From the NCBI GenBank assembly GCA_944389525.1, contig CALXMR010000002.1:55259-119258 (forward strand): a DNA stretch of 64,000 nt. Reading direction: 5' to 3'. Made by a program: the position numbers and the translations under genes. Source of the stretch: an uncultured Alphaproteobacteria bacterium (GTDB lineage: Bacteria; Pseudomonadota; Alphaproteobacteria; Rs-D84). Shown here piece after piece: positions 9,547-19,509 of this stretch. Every line of letters starts with the position of its first letter. Within the stretch, counting starts at the first letter, position 1. The notes below the pieces were generated by a model. That model had not been told where the DNA came from. It ran no database searches and saw only the letters and a program-made list of their open reading frames with translations.

Positions 9547-10065
9547 TTAATTAAACTTGTTTGGATAGACGCGATGCAGATACTCTATTAACATTTCGTA
9601 CCCGGCACAAGACGACGGCATAATCATTCCGCGTGATTCCATATCTGATATCTGTTCGGGTGTGACCCATTGGACATGTTGCACCTCGGTCGGTTGCATG
9701 ACAATATCGCGCATATCTATATCTTGTTCAATCAGCCACACATCAAAGAATTTTCGACTGCGTTTAAAAGTTCCAACCAGTGTCGCGTTTTCTATTTTGG
9801 GTGCTATGCCAATTTCTTCGACGCATTCGCGTACACACGCGGCCCATGACGATTCCCCGGCGCGTGCGCCACCACCTGTTTTGCCCCACATATTAGAATA
9901 CTTTTTCGTATTATTTGGGCGCTGTTGCAACAGTAGTTCGCCATTCGAATTCAGAAACCATGCCTGGACCGACAGTTTATTCAACCCCGCCGGCATATGC
10001 CCATGCCGTTGACCAGTGGCGACCACTTGACGTGCATTGTTGTAAAAATCAACTATTTCTGACAT
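9547..10065 (-). CDS. NUDIX hydrolase
   Basis: The Nudix box is GGGARAGESSWAACVRECVEEIGI. The ATG at 10065 is preferred over the TTG at 10104. Confidence 0.75.
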   Translation of the reverse strand: MSEIVDFYNNARQVVATGQRHGHMPAGLNKLSVQAWFLNSNGELLLQQRPNNTKKYSNMWGKTGGGARAGESSWAACVRECVEEIGIAPKIENATLVGTFKRSRKFFDVWLIEQDIDMRDIVMQPTEVQHVQWVTPEQISDMESRGMIMPSSCAGYEMLIEYLHRVYPNKFN

Positions 10066-10140
10066 GCTTTCTTTAAACCGATGAGAAGATATTATATTCA
10101 GCAATATATAAAATCAAATATTTTTTAGATTGGTATATAA

Positions 10141-10165
10141 AAAACGGGGCGTTGCCCCGTTTTTA
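10141..10165 (-). terminator. Rho-independent terminator after the oleate hydratase gene
   Basis: aaaa-cggggc-gtt-gccccg-ttttt. It overlaps the stop at 10163. Confidence 0.6.
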
Positions 10166-11935
10166 TATCAATTTTGCGTCACGCAACAGTTGTTCCAGGT
10201 ATGTCCCGCGAACATGCTTCATACCCTGGTGTTCCAACAGTTTTATAACCCATGGAACATCAATATCGCGTAATTTTTTCCGGTCATTCAAATAATAGAT
10301 ACTTTGCAGCAACATGCGAATATCAAAGCATGAATCAAACACTTCTGGGACACCACGGTCGATATTCAACAGCGTATATACTGCCTGCATCGCGGTGCGC
10401 ACAGAATATTCGGTTGTAAACACGGTGTCGCGTTCTGTTTCTGCATAGTTGCCAATAAATGCCAGATTTACCGAACCACGCGGCACAACCAGTGGTCTGT
10501 CGCCCAATGCGCGTGGCATAAAATATGTCGTTATATATGGCATATGACTGGGGACCGTATTTGACCGATTGTGTACGATGTCGTCAATTTGCGATTCTGG
10601 CACCCCAATATGATACAGCCATTCTGCACACAGTTCTGCGCCAGTGCATCCGGCAATTTTCTTTTTCACATAGTTGCCCAATGTGTCTGACAGCAGCCCA
10701 TATGTCCACACGACTATTTCATTTGGTTTTTGACTGCGAAAGTGTGGCTGGCGTGAAATACTGAACCCGTACAGCCAATTTGAATCTTTGATAGTGACGG
10801 GGCCGCTGCTGACGATTGAGCCGCTGTGCGGGTCTTTTTTACAGATTTTTTCAATATACGGCACAACCGTATCATCGGTCAGCGTAATTGTTGCCGATAT
10901 AACCCAATTGGCATCCGGGATGTTTTCACAGAATTTTTCTGGACGACCGAATTCATCGCACTGGGCGGCCAGATTTTTCCACAACTGCCACGATGCGCCC
11001 AGTTCATGCCGCGGGTCGGCCGGCGTATCGTTGTCGCCGTATGTGGTACTTTCTGTGATTGAACCGTTGGTCACGAACACCAAATCATCAGGTGTCAGTT
11101 TGATTTCTTTTCTGCGACCTGATTTAACCATTTCTATTTTCTGGGCGACTTTTTTATTTGCGCCGCATTTAACAATAATGTTCGTTATCGTTGTGTCAAA
11201 ATGGAACTTTACCCCGTTATTTTCCAACCATCGTACCAATGGCGTTATCAGTGATTCATACTGGTTATATTTTGTGAACTTTAACGCCGACATATCCGCC
11301 AGACGCCCAACATGATGGATAAATCGCAACAAATACCGGCGCATTTCCATCGCGCTGGACCAGCGTTCAAACGCGAACATCGTTGCCCAATACAGCCAGA
11401 AATTAGATGCAAAAAATTCTTCGCCAAACACTTGGTCGATTTGAACATCTTGTAATTTTTCTTCGGGCGTCAAGACCAGGTCTATCATTTCGCGGATGGC
11501 ATTCGGGGTCAATGTTAATTTGCCGTCATCTTTCATGCGGCGACCGCGATGTTCAATCGCGCGACAGTGCGAAAAACTGGGGTCCGATTTGTTCAGCCAA
11601 TAAAATTCATCCAGCACAGACACATCCGGATTTTCCAATGAAGGAATTGACCGGAATAAATCCCACAGGGTTTCAAAGTGGGCCTCCATCTCGCGGCCAC
11701 CACGAATAATGTACCCGCGTGACGGATTTAATATGCCGTCCATACTGCCCCCGGCGATGGGCAATTCTTCGAATATATGAATTTTATTGCCGCGCATTTT
11801 GCCGTCACGAATCATAAATACCGCCGCCGCCAGTCCGGCCAGACCGCCACCAACAATATATGCCGACTTTTTTGTCGCATCTGCTGGTGGTAATGGATTG
11901 GCAAACGCTTCGTAATTACCGTTGCTGTAATACAT
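10163..11935 (-). CDS. ohyA: Oleate hydratase (MCRA family, FAD-dependent)
   Basis: [14 protein letters not shown]...[23 protein letters not shown] (FAD Rossmann motif) followed by about 590 aa of family-typical length. The ATG at 11935 was chosen inside the longer ORF. Confidence 0.85.
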   Translation of the reverse strand: MYYSNGNYEAFANPLPPADATKKSAYIVGGGLAGLAAAVFMIRDGKMRGNKIHIFEELPIAGGSMDGILNPSRGYIIRGGREMEAHFETLWDLFRSIPSLENPDVSVLDEFYWLNKSDPSFSHCRAIEHRGRRMKDDGKLTLTPNAIREMIDLVLTPEEKLQDVQIDQVFGEEFFASNFWLYWATMFAFERWSSAMEMRRYLLRFIHHVGRLADMSALKFTKYNQYESLITPLVRWLENNGVKFHFDTTITNIIVKCGANKKVAQKIEMVKSGRRKEIKLTPDDLVFVTNGSITESTTYGDNDTPADPRHELGASWQLWKNLAAQCDEFGRPEKFCENIPDANWVISATITLTDDTVVPYIEKICKKDPHSGSIVSSGPVTIKDSNWLYGFSISRQPHFRSQKPNEIVVWTYGLLSDTLGNYVKKKIAGCTGAELCAEWLYHIGVPESQIDDIVHNRSNTVPSHMPYITTYFMPRALGDRPLVVPRGSVNLAFIGNYAETERDTVFTTEYSVRTAMQAVYTLLNIDRGVPEVFDSCFDIRMLLQSIYYLNDRKKLRDIDVPWVIKLLEHQGMKHVRGTYLEQLLRDAKLI

Positions 11936-12054
11936 GATATCTCTCTCCCTTGGTTTTTTGATACACATGTAATTTTAATACAGCGCGCCCGCATAAATAA
12001 ACAGGACAGGTTTCCGATTTGACAATTCGTAAATGTTATGAATATAATACAGAC

Positions 12055-12174
12055 ATGAAAAAAATACTGTTTGGATTTTTATTGGTCATGACGATGGCGG
12101 TCGCTGCATGCGGGGTTAAATCAGACTTGGCCCGGCCAGACCCCACATTCCCGCGCGACTATCCGGTGTATTGA
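12055..12174 (+). CDS. Small lipoprotein (39 aa, LptM/YifL-like)
   Basis: Not in the ORF track because it is under 60 aa. The product is MKKILFGFLLVMTMAVAACGVKSDLARPDPTFPRDYPVY, with lipobox AAC-G followed by a K..L.RP motif. Confidence 0.5.
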   Translation: MKKILFGFLLVMTMAVAACGVKSDLARPDPTFPRDYPVY

Positions 12175-12178
12175 TATT

Positions 12179-12263
12179 TGGTGGGCGTACAGAGATTTGA
12201 ACTCTGATGGGTTGCCCCACTGGAACCTAAATCCAGCGCGTCTACCAGTTTCGCCATACGCCC
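12179..12263 (-). tRNA. tRNA-Leu (anticodon TAG)
   Basis: Reverse complement is GGGCGTATGGCGAAACTGGTAGACGCGCTGGATTTAGGTTCCAGTGGGGCAACCCATCAGAGTTCAAATCTCTGTACGCCCACCA. It has a 7-bp acceptor stem, a long variable arm, anticodon loop TT-TAG-GT, and an encoded CCA. Confidence 0.9.
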
Positions 12264-12350
12264 ATGCCCAGACATGTTATGATAAAAAGTACTTGATTTC
12301 CAGTAATTTTTACAATAAAATCCAACCCAGAATAAATAAAAGGTTAAAAA

Positions 12351-12530
12351 ATGGCATCCAAGAAAGGCAGCAAAGAAGTTGTAAAACTGGAAAACAAAGA
12401 AACTGGTTATTTCTATACAACGACCAAGAATACCAAGTCTGAAAACACTGCGGGCAAGATGAAGTTTCGTAAATATGATCCGAAACTGCGCAAGCATGTC
12501 GTCATGACCGAAGCGAAAATGCCTCATTAA
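12351..12530 (+). CDS. rpmG: 50S ribosomal protein L33
   Basis: Not in the ORF track (59 aa). The product is MASKKGSKEVVKLENKETGYFYTTTKNTKSENTAGKMKFRKYDPKLRKHVVMTEAKMPH, with AAAAGG upstream. Confidence 0.9.
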   Translation: MASKKGSKEVVKLENKETGYFYTTTKNTKSENTAGKMKFRKYDPKLRKHVVMTEAKMPH

Positions 12531-12552
12531 TTCCAGGGCATTATTATTTGAA

Positions 12553-12579
12553 CGGACATCATGTGATGTCCGTTTTTTT
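12553..12579 (+). terminator. Rho-independent terminator of rpmG
   Basis: cggacat-catgtg-atgtccg followed by ttttttt. Confidence 0.75.
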
Positions 12580-12602
12580 ATGTGCAAAGTGCAAATATTG
12601 TG

Positions 12603-12942
12603 TCGCGGCGCGACAGTATAATTGACTGGATTGCCGCGCCATCTGCGATGGCTCGCAATGACAAGGGATGGTATATCTTGTCATCGCGAGGGAGCAACGC
12701 GACCGTGGCGATCCAGTGAATGTGATATGTGTCGCGTTGCGACAAGTTAATTAACCTGGATCCTGGGGTCAAGCCCCAGGATGACGAAGAAGAATGCGCA
12801 GGGCCCACTCTTGTGTCATCCCGTGGCTTGACCACGGGATCCAGGTAATATGTATTACAGCATATTTTTAAACATAGTATCGCGGCGCGACAGTATAATT
12901 GACTGGATTGCCGCGCCATCTGCGATGGCTCGCAATGACAAG
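12603..12942. repeat. Nested palindromic (MITE-like) repeat cluster bounded by a perfect 63-bp direct repeat
   Basis: The sequence tcgcggcgcgacagtataattgactggattgccgcgccatctgcgatggctcgcaatgacaag occurs at both 12603-12665 and 12880-12942. The 214-bp core holds inverted pairs: ctcgcaatgacaag/cttgtcatcgcgag and ctggatcctggggtcaagccccaggatgac/gtcatcccgtggcttgaccacgggatccag. Confidence 0.85.
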
Positions 12943-12964
12943 TGTATCAATTTAATACAAAATA

Positions 12965-14245
12965 TTATTTTTCAACTTTAATGGCGCCAAAAGACATATC
13001 CATTTGTACCCCATTATCGACACCGGTTTCAGTAAATTGAACGGTACCTGTTACCTCGGTCGGGGTGGTGGACGGTCCATAATACCCAACATTCATATTT
13101 GCGCCATTTGCGGTAATAACGCCGTCATCTGCTGTGGCCGCCAGTTGCATGTCTATGGGGGTGCCGCCATTATCTTTGTAATCTGTAAATGATATTGCAC
13201 CAGTACTATCCACCGTCACATCGTACCAATTCTTAAAGTTTGCGTTCAGTGTGGATGTTTTTGATTGCGTATCAAATGTTAATGTTGTTGGGCGGGCTGC
13301 ATCTTGTTGCAATTGAACTATATGGGCGCCCTTGGCCACGCGACCCGTGGCACGCCCAGTAAATGTCATGTCAGAATCAATATCAGCAACGGCAATTTTC
13401 TTGTCATCATATCCGCCGGCAAATGGCATCAAGAATTCATCCACCCGTTGATCGCCATCCATTGATGATGTTATATTAATCAAACCAAAATCAGAATATG
13501 ACAATCCCATTTGTTTGGCATCTGAAACATAATCCAGTTCTAAAACCCGTCCGTTTTCAATATCAGAACCATAAAATGTACTGCTGTCCCCCAGTTTTGC
13601 CAAATCCACATCGCCAGAATCACGGGTTAATGTCATACCAATAATTTCGCCACTGTCATCAATTTTAAATTTCATTTTATAATCATTCGTGGCGGTCAGT
13701 GTTGCATTATCAACCGTTAACACAATGGCGTTGTCGGCCAGTTCTGTACGCGATGTATCAAACACCGCCGTGTTATTATTGCGCCAATTTACAAGGCATT
13801 CGGCCGTGTTCGCCCCACTGGTTGCATCAAAACAACTGGCCGCCAATGAACGATTTAATACCGCCATTGCCGCCCACAGTATGTTTGAATCTGTGGCGTA
13901 CGCCGATTTAATCTGTGCGGCGTTCGCGGTGGTTATTTGATTAGCCAGATTGGCCACATCTATATAATCATCCGCAGATATCACATCAAAACCAGTTGGA
14001 TTAAAACCCTGTAATTTAAAACCAATCCAGTTTCTGACCTGTAATTCGCTTCGGGAATGCATGCCAGTAATCAATGCATTTGCATCGGCAACCGTATCAT
14101 CATATTCAGGCGTTTGGATTGGTGGTTTAATATTTGGTCTGTCCTTGTACGGGTTATATTGTGCGGTCCCACTGCCCGATTCCAGGCACCCCGTCAACAG
14201 CCCAGATACCAGAACCACAGATGTAATAAACGATATTCGCGCCAT
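12965..14245 (-). CDS. Surface lipoprotein candidate with TbpB/fHbp-like C-terminal beta-barrel (Slam substrate candidate)
   Basis: 426 aa. It has lipobox LLTGC, a flexible G/S/P linker, and the C-terminal pattern FAGGYDD..I...D..MTFTGRATG...TLTFD...TLNANF..WYDV...MNVGYYGP...EVTGTVQF typical of 8-stranded SLP barrels. It is a paralog of 14376-15545. Confidence 0.6.
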   Translation of the reverse strand: MARISFITSVVLVSGLLTGCLESGSGTAQYNPYKDRPNIKPPIQTPEYDDTVADANALITGMHSRSELQVRNWIGFKLQGFNPTGFDVISADDYIDVANLANQITTANAAQIKSAYATDSNILWAAMAVLNRSLAASCFDATSGANTAECLVNWRNNNTAVFDTSRTELADNAIVLTVDNATLTATNDYKMKFKIDDSGEIIGMTLTRDSGDVDLAKLGDSSTFYGSDIENGRVLELDYVSDAKQMGLSYSDFGLINITSSMDGDQRVDEFLMPFAGGYDDKKIAVADIDSDMTFTGRATGRVAKGAHIVQLQQDAARPTTLTFDTQSKTSTLNANFKNWYDVTVDSTGAISFTDYKDNGGTPIDMQLAATADDGVITANGANMNVGYYGPSTTPTEVTGTVQFTETGVDNGVQMDMSFGAIKVEK

Positions 14246-14293
14246 GATGTTCCCTTTCCTGATATAACCATCTTACAAATGCCATTGTTTTTA

Positions 14294-14316
14294 TTCAAGT
14301 TGTTTTTGCACTTGAA
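14294..14316. promoter_or_regulatory. Inverted repeat in the divergent SLP promoter region (operator candidate)
   Basis: TTCAAGT-n9-ACTTGAA lies near the centre of the 130-bp region between the two divergent lipoprotein genes. Confidence 0.25.
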
Positions 14317-14375
14317 TGGTTTTATTAATACCAATATAATTAAATCAAATATTCTGGGGCCAAAGGAGATATATT

Positions 14376-15545
14376 ATGAAAAAACTGTCATGGTTGGCGT
14401 TACTGGGGCTGTTGGCGGGGTGTAATGATGGCGGTTCACCATCGGGTGCATATGGTCGCCCAACAGACATGCGCCCTGATCGCAATCCGTTTGTTAACGC
14501 GGCAAAAAATTCTAATTCTAATCTGACAACCATGATTGCCACCAACGCGGCCCAGGTTAATGAATATATCAGTGCGCGTATGGTGGGCTATACCGGCACC
14601 ACAACGCCAGATAAATATGTCGCAGTCGCAGAAATGGCACTGGACCTGGCGACCATGAATGTGGATGAAATTGAAACCGCATTTGATGACACACCCGACA
14701 TCTTGGCCCAGGCGATGTATGTCTTGAACCATGCGTTGGCGGCCACCTGTGCCGGGGACAGTGGTGCGGCCGTGGCATCATGTATAAACTTGTGGCGCAA
14801 TGAAAATGTGGGCGCGGTGAATTCTGCGGTTAATATGTTGCGCGCAAATGGCGAATTGCTGAATATCGCCGATGTTGAATTTGCCGCCCCTGATGCAAAA
14901 CTGAAATTTTCGGTCAATCCAGATACAGGCGAAATAAACGGTATCAGTGTGATTGGCACAGATGGGCAAACCCAATTCACCCGCAATGGAACTGATTTTA
15001 TAAACGACACATCTGTGTTAACATATGATTCTGGGACGGGCGAAGATTTAATATTGTCTTATTCTGATTTTGGAATGTATACCATCGAAAATAATGCTGA
15101 TGCCGCCAAGATTGCATATGCGCCGTTTGCGGGTGGTTATGCGGCAAAGCAAATTGATGTTGCAAACATTGAAAAAGACATGTCGTTTTCTGGGCGCGCG
15201 GTTGGCACCGCGACCAAGGGTGATGACAGTATAAACCTGGCGGGGACTGCCATATTGAACTTTACAACTGGGGACAGTCCGGTATCAGAACTGACTGCAA
15301 ACTTTAACAATTGGTATAATGTAAATATAACACAAACTGGCGCGACATCAGATGCCCAGTTTGTATTTACTGGCACCCCGACCAAAACAGATGTTATATT
15401 AACAAATACAACCGGCACAGGGACAATGAATATCGGATACTATGGCCCAGACGGCACCCCGACCGAGGCAACTGGTCTGGCCCAGTTCACGGAATCTGGT
15501 GTCGAAAACGGGGTTAATTTTAATATGGCGTTTGGTGTAAAATAA
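14376..15545 (+). CDS. Surface lipoprotein candidate, paralog of 12965-14245
   Basis: 389 aa with AAAGGAG RBS and lipobox LLAGC. It is collinear with the paralog (AMYVLNHALAATC...C.NLWRNEN; FAGGYAAKQIDVANIEKDMSFSGRAVG; LTANFNNWYNV; MNIGYYGPDGTPTEATGLAQF). Confidence 0.6.
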   Translation: MKKLSWLALLGLLAGCNDGGSPSGAYGRPTDMRPDRNPFVNAAKNSNSNLTTMIATNAAQVNEYISARMVGYTGTTTPDKYVAVAEMALDLATMNVDEIETAFDDTPDILAQAMYVLNHALAATCAGDSGAAVASCINLWRNENVGAVNSAVNMLRANGELLNIADVEFAAPDAKLKFSVNPDTGEINGISVIGTDGQTQFTRNGTDFINDTSVLTYDSGTGEDLILSYSDFGMYTIENNADAAKIAYAPFAGGYAAKQIDVANIEKDMSFSGRAVGTATKGDDSINLAGTAILNFTTGDSPVSELTANFNNWYNVNITQTGATSDAQFVFTGTPTKTDVILTNTTGTGTMNIGYYGPDGTPTEATGLAQFTESGVENGVNFNMAFGVK

Positions 15546-15555
15546 TCCGAACTAA

Positions 15556-16920
15556 TTGAAAAGACTGTGCACGGTATTTTTATTGCTGGTATGTCTGCCC
15601 GGCGCAATCCGGGCAGAGTCTGTGTCAGATAATATAAAAAATTCAATCAACACAACAGAAATCACCATGTCTGTGCTGGACGCTGTTAAAATGGCGGGCG
15701 CAATGGTGGATAATGGCGAACTGGATAACGCAGAAAAAATATTAACCCAAATTCCACAAATGGGTGGCGCACTGGAAATAGAGCGTTGGTTTCTGTTGGG
15801 GCGAATTGCCGCATATCGTGATAATTTTGATGATGCAATAAAAATCTATCGCACGATACTGGATGCATACCCGGATCTGGCGCGGGTACGATTTGAATTG
15901 GCAATTTGCTATATGAAAATTGGGCAATGGTATCGGGCAGATTATCAATTAAGACTGGCCATGGCGGGCGAAGATTTATCAGAAGATGTTCGTCAAATGA
16001 TGAACTATTACCGATATCTGGTGCGCCAGAATAAAAATTGGAACATCTATTTTAATTTTGGCGCGGCCCCAGATAACAATGTAAATAACGCCACCGGTGG
16101 TACAGAATGCATTATGACGATTTTCGGTCCAATGTGCCGCAATCTGATAGAACCAGAATCTGCAATTGGATTAAATTTTACACTGGGTGGGGATTATGAA
16201 TTCAGGCTGGCCGACCAGTGGCGATGGAAATCCGAAGCGGGCGTATATTCTAATATATACAACCTGCATGATTATGATGATATATATCTGTATTTTGGTA
16301 CCGGGCCACGATATATCTGGTCACGGGGCGATGTATGGTTGGCCGGAATTGGTTCGCGCCGTTGGTATGGCTGGCGCGGATACAACTGGGGCGCGGGCGC
16401 GCGATTAAACATGAACTACGATTTTACGCGCCGGGTTTCTGGGGGAATCAGTTTACAGTACAGTGCAAATCAATATGATTATTATGGCGAATATCTGGAT
16501 GGTGGGACATATTCCGCAAACGCCCATGTATTTTATTCAATAACCCCGAATATATACGCCATACTGCGTGGTGGCATCACACGCGAAGACGCAACATCAG
16601 ACACATATTCGTATTGGCAGCCCAGCGTCAGTATCGGTGTTGGCGCAGAACTGCCATACGGTTTTGGCATCTTTTTGCAGCCCATGTTTTACTGGCAAAA
16701 CTATGACGCGGAACAGTTTACCATAAAAAATGCGCGGCCTGCATATGTTGTCGAACGCGATTTTTCCCAGCGATATTCGCTGTCTGTATCGAATAATAAA
16801 TTTAGTGTAATGGGTTTTGTCCCGACATTGGTATTCAGTTATACCCGCCGTGATTCAAATATGTGGCAACGCGAATACGATAAATGGAGTGTTGAATTTA
16901 CACTGCAACAACGGTTTTAA
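15556..16920 (+). CDS. Surface lipoprotein assembly modifier (Slam; TPR plus DUF560 outer-membrane barrel)
   Basis: 454 aa. The TTG start is required to keep the signal peptide MKRLCTVFLLLVCLPGAIRA. N-terminal TPR-like helices (DAIKIYRTILDAYPDLARVRFELAICYMKIGQWYRADYQLRLA) are followed by about 280 aa of aromatic-rich beta strands ending QQRF. Confidence 0.65.
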   Translation: MKRLCTVFLLLVCLPGAIRAESVSDNIKNSINTTEITMSVLDAVKMAGAMVDNGELDNAEKILTQIPQMGGALEIERWFLLGRIAAYRDNFDDAIKIYRTILDAYPDLARVRFELAICYMKIGQWYRADYQLRLAMAGEDLSEDVRQMMNYYRYLVRQNKNWNIYFNFGAAPDNNVNNATGGTECIMTIFGPMCRNLIEPESAIGLNFTLGGDYEFRLADQWRWKSEAGVYSNIYNLHDYDDIYLYFGTGPRYIWSRGDVWLAGIGSRRWYGWRGYNWGAGARLNMNYDFTRRVSGGISLQYSANQYDYYGEYLDGGTYSANAHVFYSITPNIYAILRGGITREDATSDTYSYWQPSVSIGVGAELPYGFGIFLQPMFYWQNYDAEQFTIKNARPAYVVERDFSQRYSLSVSNNKFSVMGFVPTLVFSYTRRDSNMWQREYDKWSVEFTLQQRF

Positions 16921-16921
16921 T

Positions 16922-16947
16922 AAAAAATCCCCAAATGGGGATTTTTT
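16922..16947. terminator. Bidirectional terminator between the Slam gene and parC
   Basis: aaaaaa-tcccc-aaat-gggga-tttttt. Confidence 0.7.
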
Positions 16948-19177
16948 ATTTTCCAAACTTTCCACTGCGTGGGAATCCGACTGGCACGGTGCGTCCCTGG
17001 GATGCGCGGCGTCCCGTCCATGGGGACCAATCGTCCAGTTTTGTTGTACCGCGACCCGTTGTCCAACCAAATCCATCAGATGCATCAAAGAACATTACAT
17101 CTAACACATATGTGCGTTCGGCGTTGTATTTTTGCAGTATAACACCCTTGCCCCGGGTCATTTCTGGGATTTCTGATGTTGGGAATATCAGCAATTTGTC
17201 ATTTGATCCAGACATCGCAATCGTATCACCCGTGACCGGCACACACATTATCGCCGGGTTGCGTGCATCTGTGTTCATGACCTGTTTTCCGGTGCGGGTT
17301 TGCGCCATACAGTTTTCGCCCGATACAATAAACCCAGTGCCATGCCGCCCAACCAATAAATATTTCACAGATGTATCCAGCACAAACGCAGATATAATAT
17401 CTTCGTCCGCACCAATATCCACCATCATACGCACAGATTCCCCGAACCCACGCGCAGATGGTAAATCATTTGCCGCAATGGTGAACATCTTGCCCCCACT
17501 GGCAAACAAGTTTATCTTGTCTGTTGACATTGCATGAAACGCAAATTGCAGACCGTCACCTTCTTTGAATTTCAAATCCAGATTATTCAAATCCAAACTG
17601 CCCTTGGCGGCACGAATCCATCCCATGTTTGACAAGATTATTGTCAGCGGTTCTTTTTCAATAAATTCATCGGTGTTAACAACGATGTCTGTGGTTTGCG
17701 GTGCCCATTGTGTCCGCCGGCGTCCCAGTGCGGTCTTTTTATCATATTGTTTTTTAATGTCCGCGAACCATGCCTTTAATTGTTCGTTCTGACGCCCGGG
17801 ACTGGCCAACAGTTCTTGTAATTCCTTCTGTTCCGCCAGCAACGCGGCATCTTCGCGGCGAATTTCCATTTCTTCCAGTTTGCGCAACGAACGCAGACGG
17901 GTGTTTAAAATCGCCTCTACCTGGATATCGGTCAGATTAAATTCTGCAACCAGTACCGATTTTGGGTCATCTTCGTTACGAATGATTTCAATCACCCGAT
18001 CCAGATTCAGGTAAACAACCAACAATCCGCCCAATATTTCCAGCCGCCGCGCAATGTTGCCCAAACGCCAATTTGTTCGCCGCACCAGCACATTTTTCTG
18101 GTGTGCAATAAATTCGCGCAACACATCCCCAATGCCCATCACGCGTGGCACACCACGCGAATCAATGACATTAAAGTTCATGTTGAATTTGTATTCCAAA
18201 TCCGTCATCGCGAACAAGTGTGCCATCATTTTATCCGCCGGTACATTGCGACTTTTCGGTGTGATAACAATCCGGACATCTGTGGTTGATTCATCGGATA
18301 TATCGTCAACCAGTGGTAACTTTTTTGCGTCAATCATTGATGCAATTTGTTCCACCAGTTTAGATTTAATAATCCCATATGGAATTTCTGTGATAACAAC
18401 CTGTTCGGCCCCGCGGTCCAGTTTTTCAACTTCCCATTTTGCACGAATTCTGAACGCGCCACGACCAGTATCATAATTCTTGACAATTGTATCAAAAGAA
18501 TCAATCAGCACGCCACCTGTTGGAAAGTCTGGTCCAATCATTTTCTTTATAATCTGGGCCGTGGTGGCATCTGGTCTGTCAACAACCAGGGATAATGCAT
18601 CACAAACCTCGGCCACGTTGTGGGTTGGGATATTTGTTGCCATACCAACCGCAATTCCCATGCCCCCGTTCGCCAACAGGTTCGGAAACGCCCCCGGCAT
18701 AACCACCGGTTCAACCGTTGTGCCGTCAAAATTCGGCATCATGTCGACACTGTCTTCGTCAATGCCGTCCATAATCAGCATCGCGGCATCGGTCATTTTT
18801 GATTCAGTGTATCGATATGCCGCCTGGGGGTCGCCATCGATATTACCAAAGTTGCCCTGGCCATCAATCAGTGGATAACGGACGGAAAAATCCTGGGCCA
18901 GGCGAACCATCGCATCATATACAGATGAATCCCCATGTGGGTGATAATGCCCCAACACATCCCCAACAACCGTTGCACATTTACGAAATGCGGCGTTCGG
19001 GGACAGTTTCTGGCGCAACATAGAATACAAAATACGGCGATGCACCGGTTTCAGCCCATCGCGAACATCTGGCAATGCGCGGGATACAATGGTGCTGACC
19101 GCGTATGACAAATACCGCTGGGACAGCGCATCTGCCAGTTGTTGTGAATCAATTCTTTCGATTACTTGCTTGCTCAT
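16946..19177 (-). CDS. parC: DNA topoisomerase IV subunit A
   Basis: [33 protein letters not shown]...[20 protein letters not shown]. At about 743 aa and with no GyrA-box, ParC is favoured over GyrA. The start was taken at MSKQVIERI. Confidence 0.85.
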   Translation of the reverse strand: MSKQVIERIDSQQLADALSQRYLSYAVSTIVSRALPDVRDGLKPVHRRILYSMLRQKLSPNAAFRKCATVVGDVLGHYHPHGDSSVYDAMVRLAQDFSVRYPLIDGQGNFGNIDGDPQAAYRYTESKMTDAAMLIMDGIDEDSVDMMPNFDGTTVEPVVMPGAFPNLLANGGMGIAVGMATNIPTHNVAEVCDALSLVVDRPDATTAQIIKKMIGPDFPTGGVLIDSFDTIVKNYDTGRGAFRIRAKWEVEKLDRGAEQVVITEIPYGIIKSKLVEQIASMIDAKKLPLVDDISDESTTDVRIVITPKSRNVPADKMMAHLFAMTDLEYKFNMNFNVIDSRGVPRVMGIGDVLREFIAHQKNVLVRRTNWRLGNIARRLEILGGLLVVYLNLDRVIEIIRNEDDPKSVLVAEFNLTDIQVEAILNTRLRSLRKLEEMEIRREDAALLAEQKELQELLASPGRQNEQLKAWFADIKKQYDKKTALGRRRTQWAPQTTDIVVNTDEFIEKEPLTIILSNMGWIRAAKGSLDLNNLDLKFKEGDGLQFAFHAMSTDKINLFASGGKMFTIAANDLPSARGFGESVRMMVDIGADEDIISAFVLDTSVKYLLVGRHGTGFIVSGENCMAQTRTGKQVMNTDARNPAIMCVPVTGDTIAMSGSNDKLLIFPTSEIPEMTRGKGVILQKYNAERTYVLDVMFFDASDGFGWTTGRGTTKLDDWSPWTGRRASQGRTVPVGFPRSGKFGK

Positions 19178-19509
19178 GACAACGGAAAATTTAAAACATT
19201 TGCAAAAAAATAACAACCGAAAAAATACACCGCGTACATAAAAATAAAAGAAATCATTAAAAAATTTAACTTTTTTGTAATTTTTTACTTGAATTTTTAA
19301 ATTAAAAATATATATGTATATACAAACTTTGGTTCCCCATTATGGGGCGGGCTGTCAAATTATGGCAAGTCGGGGCATGGTAGAAACAACTGTGTCTGAA
19401 TGTACGTTACAAATTGCTCTGTTGTGACGAACCAATCAAAAAAACATGTAAAACAATTGACTGTCCGGTTTGTGCCGGTCGGGTCTGTTTGGTTGCAAAG
19501 GAGGAAAAG

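Noticed and set aside
12578-12919. 113-aa minus-strand ORF spanning the repeat cluster.
   Set aside because: It is made entirely of palindromic repeat modules (DPVVKPRDD-type translations), has no RBS, and runs across the rpmG terminator. It is an artefact of the repeats.
16935-19023. Multiple plus-strand ORFs of 60-200 aa antisense to parC. Similar antisense ORFs lie over ohyA, priA, recG and nrdD.
   Set aside because: They lie wholly inside strongly supported conserved genes on the other strand and have no motifs or RBSs.
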